NCBI GenBank assembly: GCA_016748015.1
Contig: JAAOMT010000572.1
Coordinates: forward strand, 62,001-126,000
Reading direction: 5' to 3'
DNA length: 64,000 nucleotides
From: Geosiphon pyriformis uo1
Taxonomy: Eukaryota > Fungi > Glomeromycota
Below are positions 29,664 to 42,447 of this stretch, piece by piece (within the stretch, counting starts at the first letter, position 1; each line of letters begins with the position of its first letter). A program made the position numbers and the translations under genes. The notes under the pieces were generated by a model. It had not been told where the DNA came from, did no database searches, and worked only from the letters and a program-made list of their open reading frames with translations.

Positions 29664-30462
29664 TATTATAAGTAAATTTTTTGTGTAAATATTAATAATT
29701 TTCATAACTTGGTGTTTAAATTAATTAAAATGTATTTCAAAAGTTTTCTGAAGATTTTGTATTAGAATATTTTGTATAATAAACAGAAATTTACTTTATA
29801 GCAATTAATAATAGTTTTAATATTTTTTCCAGCTTGATAATTAGTTTATTCTAATGTTCACACTCTTTTAATAAACAATTCTAATTTTTTGACTATATTT
29901 ATGTTTTTTCAGGTATTTTTTACAAAACAATTCTTAATATAATAATTTTAGCACTTTTTTACAATTAGTTAATAATTTAAACAAATATAACTAATAAAAT
30001 AATATAGTAACTAATTAGTAGCTTATTAATAGCTATAATTAAAAACTATTGTTCTAGTTTTGTTTAAGTAATTGTAATAAATTCAAATAATATTAATATA
30101 ATTATAATATTAGTTTTAATTTTGAAATTATTTAAGTAAAAAATATGATAGAAGTTTATTAACAAATTAATTTAATTTATGATTATTAATAAAATTAAAA
30201 ATAATTAAACTGATCTCAAAGTTTTATTTTATTTTATTTTTTTAATTTATTAACTAATATATATTCATAAATCTTTATAATACAAAATTTTTGAAATTTT
30301 TATAATTTTTTTAAGTTATTGCTAAAATTTTTGATATTTCTAAAATTCTTAACATTTTTGTTAATATTTTTGGAATTTTTGGAATTTTTTATGTTATATA
30401 TTCTAATAATTTTTTATTTTGCTATTGATTATTTATACTATTATTATTTTCTATAAATAATA
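29664..30462 (-). repeat. 5' LTR of relic D
   Basis: Direct repeat of 10450-11264; adjacent to the PBS relic. Confidence 0.8.
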
Positions 30463-30466
30463 TTAT

Positions 30467-33380
30467 TTTAATAATAAAACCAAAACAATTTTTTATTATT
30501 ATCAAAATTTAACAACTAACTTTAATTGTTATTATTATAAAATTTCAAGATACTAAAAACATGATTGCTAAAAAATACAAAAAAACTAATAATAATAGAA
30601 TAATTAATATTATTTTTTTTAACAGCAACAATTATATTATCTATTATCATTATTATTTGTGTGTTATTTTTTAAAACTTTAATTTAATTATTATTAATCT
30701 GCTCTACTTTAATTTTAAAAACAGTATTAGTCTTTTTTAATATAAAATTATTAATTATTTGTTTAAAAATTGGTTTAATTTAACCAATTTATATCACAAA
30801 ATTATTTTTTATTAAACAACAACAAAACTGGTTTTAATAATTAATTTATATCTTGCAATAGCAATTAATAATTACTTAAATACTTTTAAATCTAATCTAA
30901 TTATTTTACAATATTTAAAAACCAGAATTTTTATTTTACTGTATTTTTAAATAAAAAATAGTTATTGCTATATACATTAAAACCAAAATTAAAAAAAAAT
31001 TATTTAATTAATTTTAGACAATAAATTTATTAAAATTAAAATAAAATATAAACAGATCTGCCCAAACAATAATTTTTACAATTAATAATATAAAAAAAAC
31101 TTCAGTAAAAAATTTAATAATTTTTTTTATAATTAATAGAATTATTATTTTAATTAAAATTTTTATTATAAATGTATTTTAATATTAAGTTTTTATTAAA
31201 ATAATTGACTTTTTAAGACCAATGCAAATTTAAATTAAAAAATACAAAAACTAAAAATTTTATACTAAAAACACCATATTAAAATATTTGTTATTAGTAA
31301 TATTTTTAATAAATAGTTTGAAAAAATCTCTGTTTTTAAATTTAAAGAGAAAAAAAAAATTAATTATTAAAACTTATATAATTCTTAACTTTTAATCTGA
31401 CTGAATTGAAAAAACAAAACAACTTTTTAAGATTTCTGAATTATAATTAATATTTTTATAAATAAATTAATAGTTAATATGTTTTTATTTAAAACTACAA
31501 CCAAAAAACAATTAATTTACATTTTACTTAAATACAAGAATTATAACAAAAAGCTTTTATTTATAAAAGCTTATATATTACTTAAAAAAATATAAAACTC
31601 ATATTTGCTATTATTATAAAGTCTGTTACAAAAACAATTTGGCTAACCAAAATAAAATAAAAAATAAAATAATATATTTTGTTTTATATATAAACAACTT
31701 TTATCAAAAGAATATAATTAGATCAATCTATCAATAAAAAAAAAAATTTATAATCAGATATTTTAATATATTTTCTTTATTTTTAAAAAAATAAAAAAAA
31801 TAAACTTTTTTTATAACAGTTTATAATAATACTTTTAATAAATTTTACTATTATTTTCATAATATTAAAATAATCTATGAATTAATTATAGTTTTAATTA
31901 ATAAAAAAACACAAAAAAACATTTGGCAAATAAAAAAAATTAAATATATTAAATATATAATAGAGCTAGCTAAATTTAACTATAAAAATAAAATCAAACT
32001 TTACTATTTAACTCTTTATTTTTAAAAAAAACTTAAATATAATAGTTAAAACAAATAAATATTCAATTATAAAAAGAATATATTATGTTTTGTAATGATT
32101 AATAGTGCTTTAAATATTATATTTTTAACATATTTTTATCTATTAAAAATAACTAAAATTAAATTAAATTTAGAGCACAAAAAGTACAACCAAAAATTTT
32201 AACAATTTTAATCTACTTAATTAAAAATTAATTTGTTTTACAACTCAAATATTTTAATAATAATAGACAAAAAATTAAGCCAAAAAAAGTTCACAAAATT
32301 AATGCTAAATATAATCTATAATATTTTGAAAAAGACATTTTAGTTTTACTATTAAAATTGCTCTTAAAATTTTATTAAGAGCAATAATATAAATTGCTTT
32401 TTAATTATTATTGGCAAGCAAAAAAATTAATATTAAAAAAAAATTATTAATACAAAATATATTAAAATATTACAGTAATATTTTAAAATAAAACCAAAAA
32501 ATTATTTAAAATTGAACATATTGAAAAGATTGCTTAAGCTATTTATTTATTTTTAATCAATATTTTAGATTTGCAATTAATTTAAAATTAAAACAAATTT
32601 GGCAAAAATAACAAAAAAACTAAAAACTTTAAAGCAATAAAACAATTTACAATTTTAGTAAATATAGTTTTTAATGTTTAAAATAAAATTTACTAGATTT
32701 TTAGACTACTAAAAACAATTATTTTCTTATTTTTTAAAGAATTTTAAGAAGCTTACATCTATTATTACTTAAAAAATTTTTGAATTAAATAACCAAATTT
32801 GCAAAAAACATAAAAATTTAATCTTAAATATTTATCTATTCAAAAAAATCAAAAAATTTCAAGTTATTTTTTACAATTATAACAACTATTTTATTATATT
32901 AAATAATTATTTAGAAATTAAAATTATTTACAGTAATATTTTTCAGCAAGAATTATTACAAAGTTTTAAATTTTACAGAAATAATTAAACATTCTTTTTT
33001 AAAATTTAATTCAATTTTTATCACTAAAAATTATTATATTGTTGTCAAAAAATTATTTAGAGTTATAACAACAAAAACAGTTTAAACAGTTAATTTTAAA
33101 ATATATTAATATATTTATTAAAAACAATAACAATCTAAGAAAAACTGATTTGGTTTAATATCAAATTTACATAGAAAATACAAAGCCAAAATAATAACAA
33201 ATCTATTAAATACTATTTATCAGTTACTAATTCATCAAAAAAAAGTTCAATAAATACTTAATAATAAGTTTATAGGCTTTATTTATAGCTTTTATTAAAA
33301 AAAAATAGAAAAATTTAATTTTGTGTTAATTATTAATAATTAAACAGTATTACAATTAAAAATACTTACAAATTTATAAA
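30467..33380 (+). pseudogene. Eroded knuckle-protease-Cys domain-dUTPase-RT start of relic C
   Basis: aaccaaaacaattttt...aattgttattattataaaatttcaagatactaaaaacatgattg matches 43813-43899; the dUTPase-like stretch 32230-32640 matches 45760-46060. Confidence 0.75.
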
Positions 33381-33389
33381 CAAGTTTAA

Positions 33390-33850
33390 AAAACTTTTTT
33401 TTGTTGATCTTCTGGTTATAGCAAAAGCATAAAGTATTTAAAAAAATACATTTTTTATTTTTTTTTATTTTTTTGTTTTCATCATTATTTTTTTTAGTAC
33501 ACTTCTATTTGTTACTATAGATCTAGTAAACTTTTCTGCTGGTAGTTTTGGTTTTGTTTTGACTGAATTAGGAATCTGATTTAGTACTAAAAAGAAAGTA
33601 CACATTGAAAGTGTCTAATTTTATGGTTTTTTATACAAGAAACCAAAAAAACCTAAAGTCATTGGTAGTATAATAAATTTGTTAGCTGGTTCTATATCTG
33701 TTAATGTTTTGCAAGTTAGCATTGATAAACACAAAAAATCTTGAAGTAATAAGATAAATAATGAAGAATTTAATATTATTAAAGTATTTAATATTAAGAA
33801 CATAAAGAACATAATTACTAAAAAAATGAGTTATGTGAACTTTAACACTT
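33390..33850 (+). mobile_element. Eroded 5' fragment (5' UTR plus start of ORF1) of a LINE of the copy-B subfamily
   Basis: caaaagcata...ttgttactatagatcta...tctgctggtagttttgg...ttgaaagtgtcta matches the reverse complement of 27900-28200. Confidence 0.75.
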
Positions 33851-35591
33851 TTGATTATTAATTAAATAATAATTTAGATAATTTAATAAAATAATAAATA
33901 ATAAATTAAAATGATAATATATGCTAATTAATAATAGAAATTATAAAAATAATTTTATGTTAAATAATAACTCAAATTTTTGTTAGTAATATATATTTTT
34001 TTTTAATATTAAGTTTTATTAAAGTCCAAATATTATCTGTAATTTTTAAATATTAATTCAAAATTATTGAAAATATTTGGTTTAAAAATTGTTAAAATTT
34101 TAGTTTTGTAAGCTTTCTAATATATTAAATCTTTAAAAATTGTAAAATTAAATGTTGTAAAACATTTTTACAAGTGTAAATAAGTTATAAAATTTAAAAA
34201 CTGCTTTAATTTTGTAATAAATATTTATTGGTTTAGTTGTTGTTTTAAATATGTTGTATATTAACTTTTAAATAACTTTCAATATAAAATTTAATGTTTT
34301 AAACTTCAGTCTTTTTTTATAAAACATTTTTTTAATATAAAAATATATATAAATTGAAAAGTATTTATTGTACTGTTTATTAGAATTTTTGTTGAATCAT
34401 GGTATTTGATAGAATATTAATAAGAATAAACAATAATTTTTTGTATTTTTTTTATAAAGATAATAATTTTGTAAATTTATTACTAAAATTATAACAAATT
34501 CTGTTTAAGTATACTTAAGTTTTTTAATAATAATTATAAATAATTTAGGAATAGTTTTTAAGATTAACTTAAAAAAAACTTCTTTCTCTCCTACCTCCAA
34601 AAATCCTCAAAAAGCACATTTTCTGAAAAAAAAGTTTTTTATTTTTTCTTGTTAGTTTTTTCAATATTTCTTTAAACAATAACCCCTTCATTGTGGATTT
34701 AAAAGCTGCTTCGGGCAGTAATATGTCAAAAAAAAAGGTGCCCAAAGGTGCTTTCTATGGTCTTGCTGGTGGTTTTTTTGTTCAGAAAAAAAAGGTAGTT
34801 CTTGACAATGTTAAACACTCTGGTAATGAGAAAGATATCTCTTTGAGTAAATCTGGGCCTGGTGATAGCATGTACTCTGATGTGGATAGTCTGTCTAATA
34901 ATGAAGAGAATGTTGGCATGACAGGTGTAAATGAAGGATCTCTTCTGGGTTCAGCTGCAATCACTCCCAAGATGAAATGTGTTAATACTGGTACAATATT
35001 TGGCTTTCCACTTGGCTTTTCTGATTTCACTATGGATGATAATGAAATTGTGCTTCTCTTTTACTTGCCTATTTCTCTGAAAAAAAAGTGGATTGATCCA
35101 AAGATTATTAAAACTTCTATAGAAGTGTCAGTTAAGAGGTTATTTGCTTTAGATATTAATCTCTCAGCTGTGGAAGGAAAATTTGCAATGGCAAAAACTC
35201 AGTTAATTAGGAAAAATTTTTCATTTGTTAATGGTTTTGGGGAGGCCACTACTTCTTCAAAATTTGAAGGGATCATTTGATCAATGTTTACTTCAGAAGA
35301 GAGCATGGAAGTGGCTGCATCATTGGTTAGAGAAAAGGGGATTGACATAAACAGCAATCTTAAGAGACAAGGAATAAGGTCAGATCAGGCTATGGTGATT
35401 AAAAAAATTTCCATGAATACTCCTAAAGATATGATCATTGCCACAGTATCCGAGTTTGGGGAAATTAAGTTGATCAAAATTCAACTAATTGGAATGTGGC
35501 AAAAAGCTGTGGTAGAATTTGCTGAATTGAGCCAAGCTAATTTATTAGTCTCTAAGTGGTCATTCCTAATTGGTAAAAATTCTGTGCACGT

Positions 35592-36586
35592 TGTTATCAG
35601 AGGTTTTTAGTCTCTTTTCTTGAATGTTGTAACTGTCTGTTGGTTGCAAATTCATGTTTTCTAGAAGTAGTTGAACTTCCAATAACTGAATTTATCTTCA
35701 AATTATCTTCTATAATTTGAACGGCTGGGCTTATAAGTGGAATGACCAATTCCTTGCCAGTTACTTTATGTAGTTACATTGTAGTAAATGTCAATCTTTC
35801 CCAGAAATTGCTCGTCTAGAAGCTCACTAAAAATGTGTAGTTACTTTGCTGTGAAAGTCAACTTTTCTACAGAAATCTTGTCTGTAGGCTACCCTAATGA
35901 TTGTAATAAGAAAAAAAAATGTAAAAGAAATTGAATTCTATTAAGGGAAACGTTTTCTATTCAGGCCTGGAATTACTAACAGTTTACTAAAATTGGTAGC
36001 TAATCAATTTTAAAATGTTAGTTGGGTTTTGGGGATTTTCCAAGTGCAATAATTAAAGAATTTGGTTTTTCAAATTATTTGATATTTATTTTTTTTTGTG
36101 TGTGTAGGAATGGTTTTAAGTGATAAATCTAAAGTAAGATACATTTTCTTGAAGAAAAAAGCTTTTTTTTTATACAATTTGTTGTAGTACTAGTTTATGA
36201 ACTTGTACTTTTTCTCTTTGCTCAAATTTCCGCAAACTAAAGATACATTTTGATGGACTACAAGTTATTTTGCTGAACTATTGATTAATTTGGGTGAACT
36301 ATTCATAATTTCAGCAAATTTCTATAAATTTCGGCAAATTTCTTATAAATTTCGGCGAATTTTTGTAAATTTTGGCAAACTTTTGAATGTTACAAAGTTC
36401 AAAATATTGTGTAATTTGATCATCCTACTTTTTGTTATACAAATTAAATTATTTAATTGAATCGTAATATGTGATAATTCATTAAATAATAAATGATAAT
36501 TTGAAATAATATTAATATACTAATTAATTATAGGAATTATAAGAGTAATTTCATGCTAATTAATAGCTAAAATTCTACTGGTAACA
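35592..36586 (-). repeat. 3' LTR of Ty3 copy A
   Basis: Direct repeat of 54132-55110; PPT GAGGAAGAG (36591-36599, - strand) plus ATTA spacer adjacent. Confidence 0.95.
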
Positions 36587-37274
36587 TAATCTCTTCCTCA
36601 AGACTGAGCTCTGTTAAAGTCCAAGCACTATCTGTGATATTGAGATAGTGATCCAAAATAATTGAAGTAATCTGGTCTGAAAATTGTTGAAATTTCAGTT
36701 CTGTAAGTTTGCCAATGTATTGGACTTTCATTGGTTGCAGTATTGGATTTTGTAAAACATTTTCACAAGTATTAAACAAATTATAGAGTCTAGAAGTTGC
36801 TCTAAGTTTGTAGCAAGTGTTTGTTGATCCAGCTGCTGTTTTAAATTTATTATGAATTTGTTTTTGTATAGCTTCAGGAGTAAGATTTGTTGTTTCAAGT
36901 TCCAGTTTTCGTTTATAAAGTGTCTTTCCAATGTGAAAGTATTTATAGATAGGGGTGTGTTCATTGTTCTGTTCATTAAGAAGTAATAAAAGTTTTTGTT
37001 GTATTGTAGCATTTGGTAGAATGTTAATAGGGGCAATTAAAAGATTTTTTTCCAGTGCTTACTTCAAAAGTCTTGGTAACCTATTTTCAGAATGACTTCT
37101 TGTTTTTCTTCTATAGGGATGATAGTTCTGTAAATGATTTACTACTGGAGCTGTGTTTTCTTTCTGAATGTAATTAATTTGACTTCCATTAATCGTTATG
37201 GATAAGTCAGAAAGTGTTTTTAAGGCTAACATTAACTTTTGGGATATTTGTTGAATATTTCGGAAAATAATCAT
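36567..37274 (-). pseudogene. Accessory ORF3 (~235 aa, unknown function) of Ty3 copy A
   Basis: In-frame pieces 37059-37274 and 36567-36779; ATG start; ends 20 nt inside the LTR. Confidence 0.75.
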
Positions 37275-37421
37275 GATAAAATTGACTAATTATGAAAAGA
37301 GAGAATAAAAAAAATTATTTTTGGATATGGGGTTTTTATTTGTTTTTAGGTTTGGGTGTTTTTTGTAATTATTTACTATTTTTTTTGTCTTTGTGTTTTT
37401 ATTAAAAAATTATTGTAAAAT

Positions 37422-40400
37422 TTAAGTATTCAAGTTTGGTTGTTGTTTTATTATAATTATTGGTTCTAAATTTCGGGGAATATCTTCAGGATTAATTAAA
37501 GAGGAATGTGTATCAATTTGTGGAATTAATGTTTTAGGATTGTTTCTGAAATGATAGTGTTTCAATCTGTCTCCATGTGCAACTTTTGCTAGTATTTTAT
37601 CATCAAGTCTTAATTTGTATGATCCATTGCCTAGAATTTCGTGAATATAAAATGGTCCATCCCATTTGTTTTCAAATTTTCCACTCCATTGTTTTTCAGC
37701 CTTAGTTCTGTGTAAGAGAACTTTATTTCCAACTTTAAATTCATTGATAATGAGTGGTAATTTGTTGTCATGTCTTTCTTTTTGTTGAGCTTGGGAATGT
37801 TCAATGTGAGTTGCTGCTATCCTTCTTTTTCCTTCCAGTGTACTGAAAAGAGTGTAGGCTCTTCTTTAGAGTGTTTCTTGAAAGTTTTTTTCATTGATTG
37901 GTTGTACTGAGTATGTTTTTACTGTGAAATTAATTGGTAATGTTGCTGTCTTTCCATAAGTAAGGTCAAATGGTGTGTGTTTTGTAGTATCTTGTTTTAG
38001 TGTTCTGTATACTAGTAACACTAATAGAATAAAGATATCCTATTCCTGCTCAAAATCTGTTGAGACTTTGGCCAACAATTTACACAATGTTCTGTTAAAA
38101 CGTTCTACAAGTTTATTTGTTTGAGGATAATAAGGTGATGATAAAGGTCTTTTGACATTGAATCATTCACAAATTTCTTGTATCAAGTTGTTCACAAAAT
38201 GTGTTTCTTGATTAGATAAAAGTTTAATTGGGCATCCATGTCTACAAATAATGTCTTCATAGATGAAATTTGCTACTGATTTTGCATTTGCTCTTGAAAT
38301 GGCTCTAGCTTCAGGCCATTTGGTAAGATAATCTACTGCTACTGCAATATAGCAATTTCCTTGGGTTGTGATAGGTAATGGTCCAACTAAATTAATTCCA
38401 ACTCTGTCAAACAGTTGTCCAACTTTGATTGGATTTAAAGGTTCTGTGGGGCGAGTTCCTTCTCTTTTTTGACAACTATTACAAGATTTTATATATTGTC
38501 AAATGTCTTTTTGCATGTAAGACCAAAAATAATCTTCAAGAGTTCTTTAAATTGTTCTATCTCTTCCCAAGTATGCTGAAGACAAATCTGTATACATGTT
38601 ATATAAAATTGTTTCTTTTTCATTTTCCTGTACTAATCTGAGTGGTTGGTTTGGGTTTTTACAATTTGTGTAATAGATTTTGTTGTGGTATATAAAATAT
38701 TGTTTGGATTGGTATTGTAATCGATGTTTTTCTCTTGAAGACCAATTTTCTGGCATGGTGAGGGTCTCCAAATAGTTTTGATGTTGTTGTAGTTTTCTGG
38801 ATCCATTGTTGTTAATTTTGTTGTTTGTTCTGCTGTTAAGTTTGTTGGTGTTTTGTTGGTGTTAATGTTGGTATTAATATTGTCTCATTCTTAAAAGGCT
38901 ATCAACATTGGTGTGTAGTTTTCTTGGTTCGTGATGTACAATGTATCTGTAGTCTGTTAGGAAGTCATTTCATCGAGACTGTTTGGCACTTTGTTCAGTT
39001 TTCTTTTTATTAAGCCATTTGAGGCCAATATTGTCAGTTATTATATCAAATTCTTTTTCATTCTTCAGGTATTGTTGAAAGTGTTTGAGAGCCGAGATGA
39101 CTGTAGCGGCTTCCAATTCAGTTGAGCCATATTTGAGTTCTGTTGGCTTGAGTGTTCTGCTGGCATAAGTGATAATTTGTTCCTGGCCATTTTCATTCAA
39201 TTGTGATAAGATGGCACCAAATGCTATGTGTGAAGCATCAGTGACTAATTGGAATCGTTTGTTGAAGTCTGAGTAAGCAAGAACTGGGGCTGTTGTCAAT
39301 TTTGTTTTGAGAGTTTCAAAAACTTTTTGTTGTTCTTTAGTCCATTTGTATGGTATGTTTTTGTTGGTAAGATAATTGAGTGGTTTGGCAATTTCTGAAA
39401 ATTTTTTTATAAATTTTCAATAGTAAGAGACTAATCCTACAAATTCTCATAGTTCTGTGGTATTTCTGGGAGTTTGAAAGTTTTTGACAGCACTGATTGT
39501 TCCAGGATTTGGTTTGACTCCATCTTTGCTAACAATGTGTCCAAAAAAATTAAGCTTGTTTTTCCAAAATGACATTTTTCAATGTTTAACTTCAATTCTG
39601 CTTTCCGTAATCATTGAAAAACTTCTTCCAGGTGGATAAGATGAGTCTCAAAGCTTGGTGAGTATATATTAGTGTCATCAAGATAAACAACTATGGATTG
39701 CCACAAGAGTCCTTCATATACAACATCTATAAGTCGCTGGAATGTTGCTGGTGCATTGCAGAATCCAAAAGGCATAACATTGAACTCATAGTTTCCTCTC
39801 TGGATGGTAAATACTGTTTTGGATTGGTCTTTTGGGTCCATTTTGACTTGTTAGTATCCACTTTCTAAGTCTAAAGTTGAGAAAAACTTGGCTTTTCCTA
39901 GAGCATCTAGTATGTTATTAATTCTTGGAAGAGGGTAAGCATCTCCAATTGTCACACTGTTCAATTGGTGATAGTCAACACAAAATCTGATTTTTTTATT
40001 TTTCTTTTTGACAAGGACTACTGGTGAGGCCCAAGGACTTCTTGATGGTTGAATCAATTCGTTATTGAGCATTCTTTGGACTTTTTCTCTGATGAATTGG
40101 TGGCTGGCAGGTGGCACTCTGTAAGCTTGCTGACATTTTGGTGGAGCATCTCCTGTATGGATCTGATGTTAAATCATATCCATTTTTCCCAGGTCATTGT
40201 TGTCTTTTGCAAATATATCTGCAAATTCAGCTATCAATTGTTTCAATTGTCTTTGTTGTTAAGGTTCTAAGGGACCCATATTGATTCAAGAGAGTTTTTT
40301 TTCCAAAAAGTGGTAGTTTTCAGTAATGGGAATGATATTTGGATTTGGGAGTAGAGTGTGCCTTACAATTTCGATGAAATTAGAGACAATTTAAGGGTTT

Positions 40401-41430
40401 TCATCTTGAAAAATATTGCTGTGTATGATTTCAATCTCTAGTTTGTTTAATAAAACAATAGGGTAATTATTGGGGTTGTAGAATGTAACTCAAAATTTTT
40501 TCATTTCTTTAGGAATATAAACATTTGGAATTAAGATTTTATGCTTCAAACAGATTTGTTTATTGGATTCAAAGATTTGTTGTGTAGTGGTGGGTTTTGA
40601 ACAAGTGTAAATTTTGTGATGTTCTCCAAAAAGTGAAATGGTAATTGGCTGGGAAAGTTGAAGAATCTGGTGAGATTTATTTTGTGTATTAAGAGCTATG
40701 TTTACTGGAACTGTAAATCATCCAGTTGAACCAAAACCTTGAGTTCCTCTTTCACTTTTTCCCAATTGTTTTCTGTTGTTTACTGATTGTAAACCTGAAA
40801 TGTTGATTAAGGGTAAGTAAATTGCTTGAGCAATTTTTTCAGCATGTTCAATTTTGAATGGTTTGTTTGTCTCATTCTGTAACATGATGGTAATGTCTCC
40901 AGTGTATCCTGCATCTATAACTCCTCCTCTAATATTGATTCTTTTGCTTGCCAATAATGATCTGGAGGCAATTTGAACCATTGCTTCTGGTGGAATTTCA
41001 AGAGCAATTTTGAGATTGATTTTTATCAAAGACTTTGGTTGGAGAACCAAAGTATCTTTTCCTGGATATCTTAGATTATATCCAGCATCAATTTCGTATG
41101 CTTTTTCTGGTCTGATTCTTTGGCCATGGTTGTCAAAATATTTAAGTTGTAGAGGTGGTTGCTTTTCAAGAAGATAGATGGGGGTGGTTGGTAGTTTTTC
41201 TACTAGTTCAGATACTCCAAATTCGATTTCATTTTCATCATTCTCATCTGGCAGAGGAATGCTAAGAGCATAACATTCTAAACACCATTGGTCATTACAA
41301 GACATAACACATTTTTCACACAATTGAATGTTTATTTGCTCTAATCATTGAATTTAAGCTTCTTTGGTCAGATATGTGTGGCTTGCAATTTAGTGGTAGG
41401 TTTCTACTTCATCTTCATAATCAAATCCAG
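37422..41430 (-). pseudogene. pol of copy A: end of Cys domain, dUTPase, RT (YLDD), RNase H, integrase with GPF tail
   Basis: ORFs 40718-41323, 39851-40117 (SPWASPVVLVKK, LDLESGY), 39611-39841 (MPFGFCNAPATFQR, YLDD) and 38970-39299 (TDAS..ELE..ITDN). Confidence 0.93.
40721..41150 (-). pseudogene. Trimeric-type dUTPase domain in the polyprotein
   Basis: All five motifs visible: AGY(N/D)L, ASRS, GVIDAGYTG, KIAQAI, RGTQGFGSTG. Confidence 0.95.
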
Positions 41431-42402
41431 TGTTACCAATAGAATTTTAGCTATTAATTAGCATGAAATTACCCTTATAATTCCTATAATTCATTAGTAT
41501 ATTAATATTATTTCAAATTATCATTTATTATTTAATCAATTATCACATATCACGATTCAATTAAAATAATCTAATTAGTATAACAGAAAGTAGGATGATC
41601 AAATTACACAATACCCTAAACTTTGTAACATTCAAAAATTCGCCGAAATTTACAGAAATTCGCCGAAATTATGAATAGTTCACCCAAATTAATCAATAAT
41701 TCAGCAAAATAACTTGTAGTTTATCAAAATATATCTTTAGTTCACCGAAATTTGAGCAAAGAGAAAAAGTGCAAGTTCATATACTAGTACTACAACAAGT
41801 TGTATAAAAGAAGAGCTTTTCTCTTCTGGAAAATGTATTTTACTTTAGATTTATCACTTAGAACCATTCCTACACACACAAAAAAAAATAAATATCAAAT
41901 AATTTGAAAAACCAAACTCTTTAAATTATTGCATTTGGAAAATCCTCAAAACTCAACTAACGTTTTGAAATTGACTAGCTACCAATTTCAGTAAACTGTT
42001 AGTGATTCCAGGCCTGGATAGAAAACGTTTCTCTTGACAAAATTTTATTTCTTTTACATTTCTTTTATTTTTCTTTTATTTTCTTATTACAATTATTAGG
42101 GTAGCTTACAGACAAGATTCCTGTAGAAGAGTTGACTTTCACAGCAAAGTAACTATACATTTTAGTGAGCTTCCAGATGAGCAATTCCTGGGAAAGAGTT
42201 GACATTTACTACAACATAACTACATAAAGTAACTGGCATGGAATTGGCCATTCTATTTATAAGCCCAGCAAGTTCAAATTATAGAAGATAATTTGAAGAT
42301 AAATTCAGTTATTGGAGGTTCAATTACCTCCTGAGAACGTGAATTCACAGCAAATCAACATTACCAACATTTAAAAAAAGAGACCAAAAACCTCCAGTAA
42401 CA
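41431..42402 (+). repeat. 5' LTR of Ty3 copy B
   Basis: TGTTACC...AGTAACA; repeat of 50045-51014. Confidence 0.95.
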
Positions 42403-42404
42403 TT

Positions 42405-42420
42405 TGGTGCTCTCACACGG
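42405..42420 (+). promoter_or_regulatory. Primer-binding site TGGTGCTCTCACACGG
   Basis: Begins TGG 2 nt after the LTR. Complementary to a tRNA ending ...GAGAGCACCA; isotype not determinable here, Thr or Ile plausible. Confidence 0.85.
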
Positions 42421-42447
42421 AAATAACACAGCAATAACAAATTCAAA

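Noticed and set aside
36307-36380. Short tandem repeats as a CRISPR array
   Set aside because: No unique spacers; they lie within LTR U3 in eukaryotic TE DNA.
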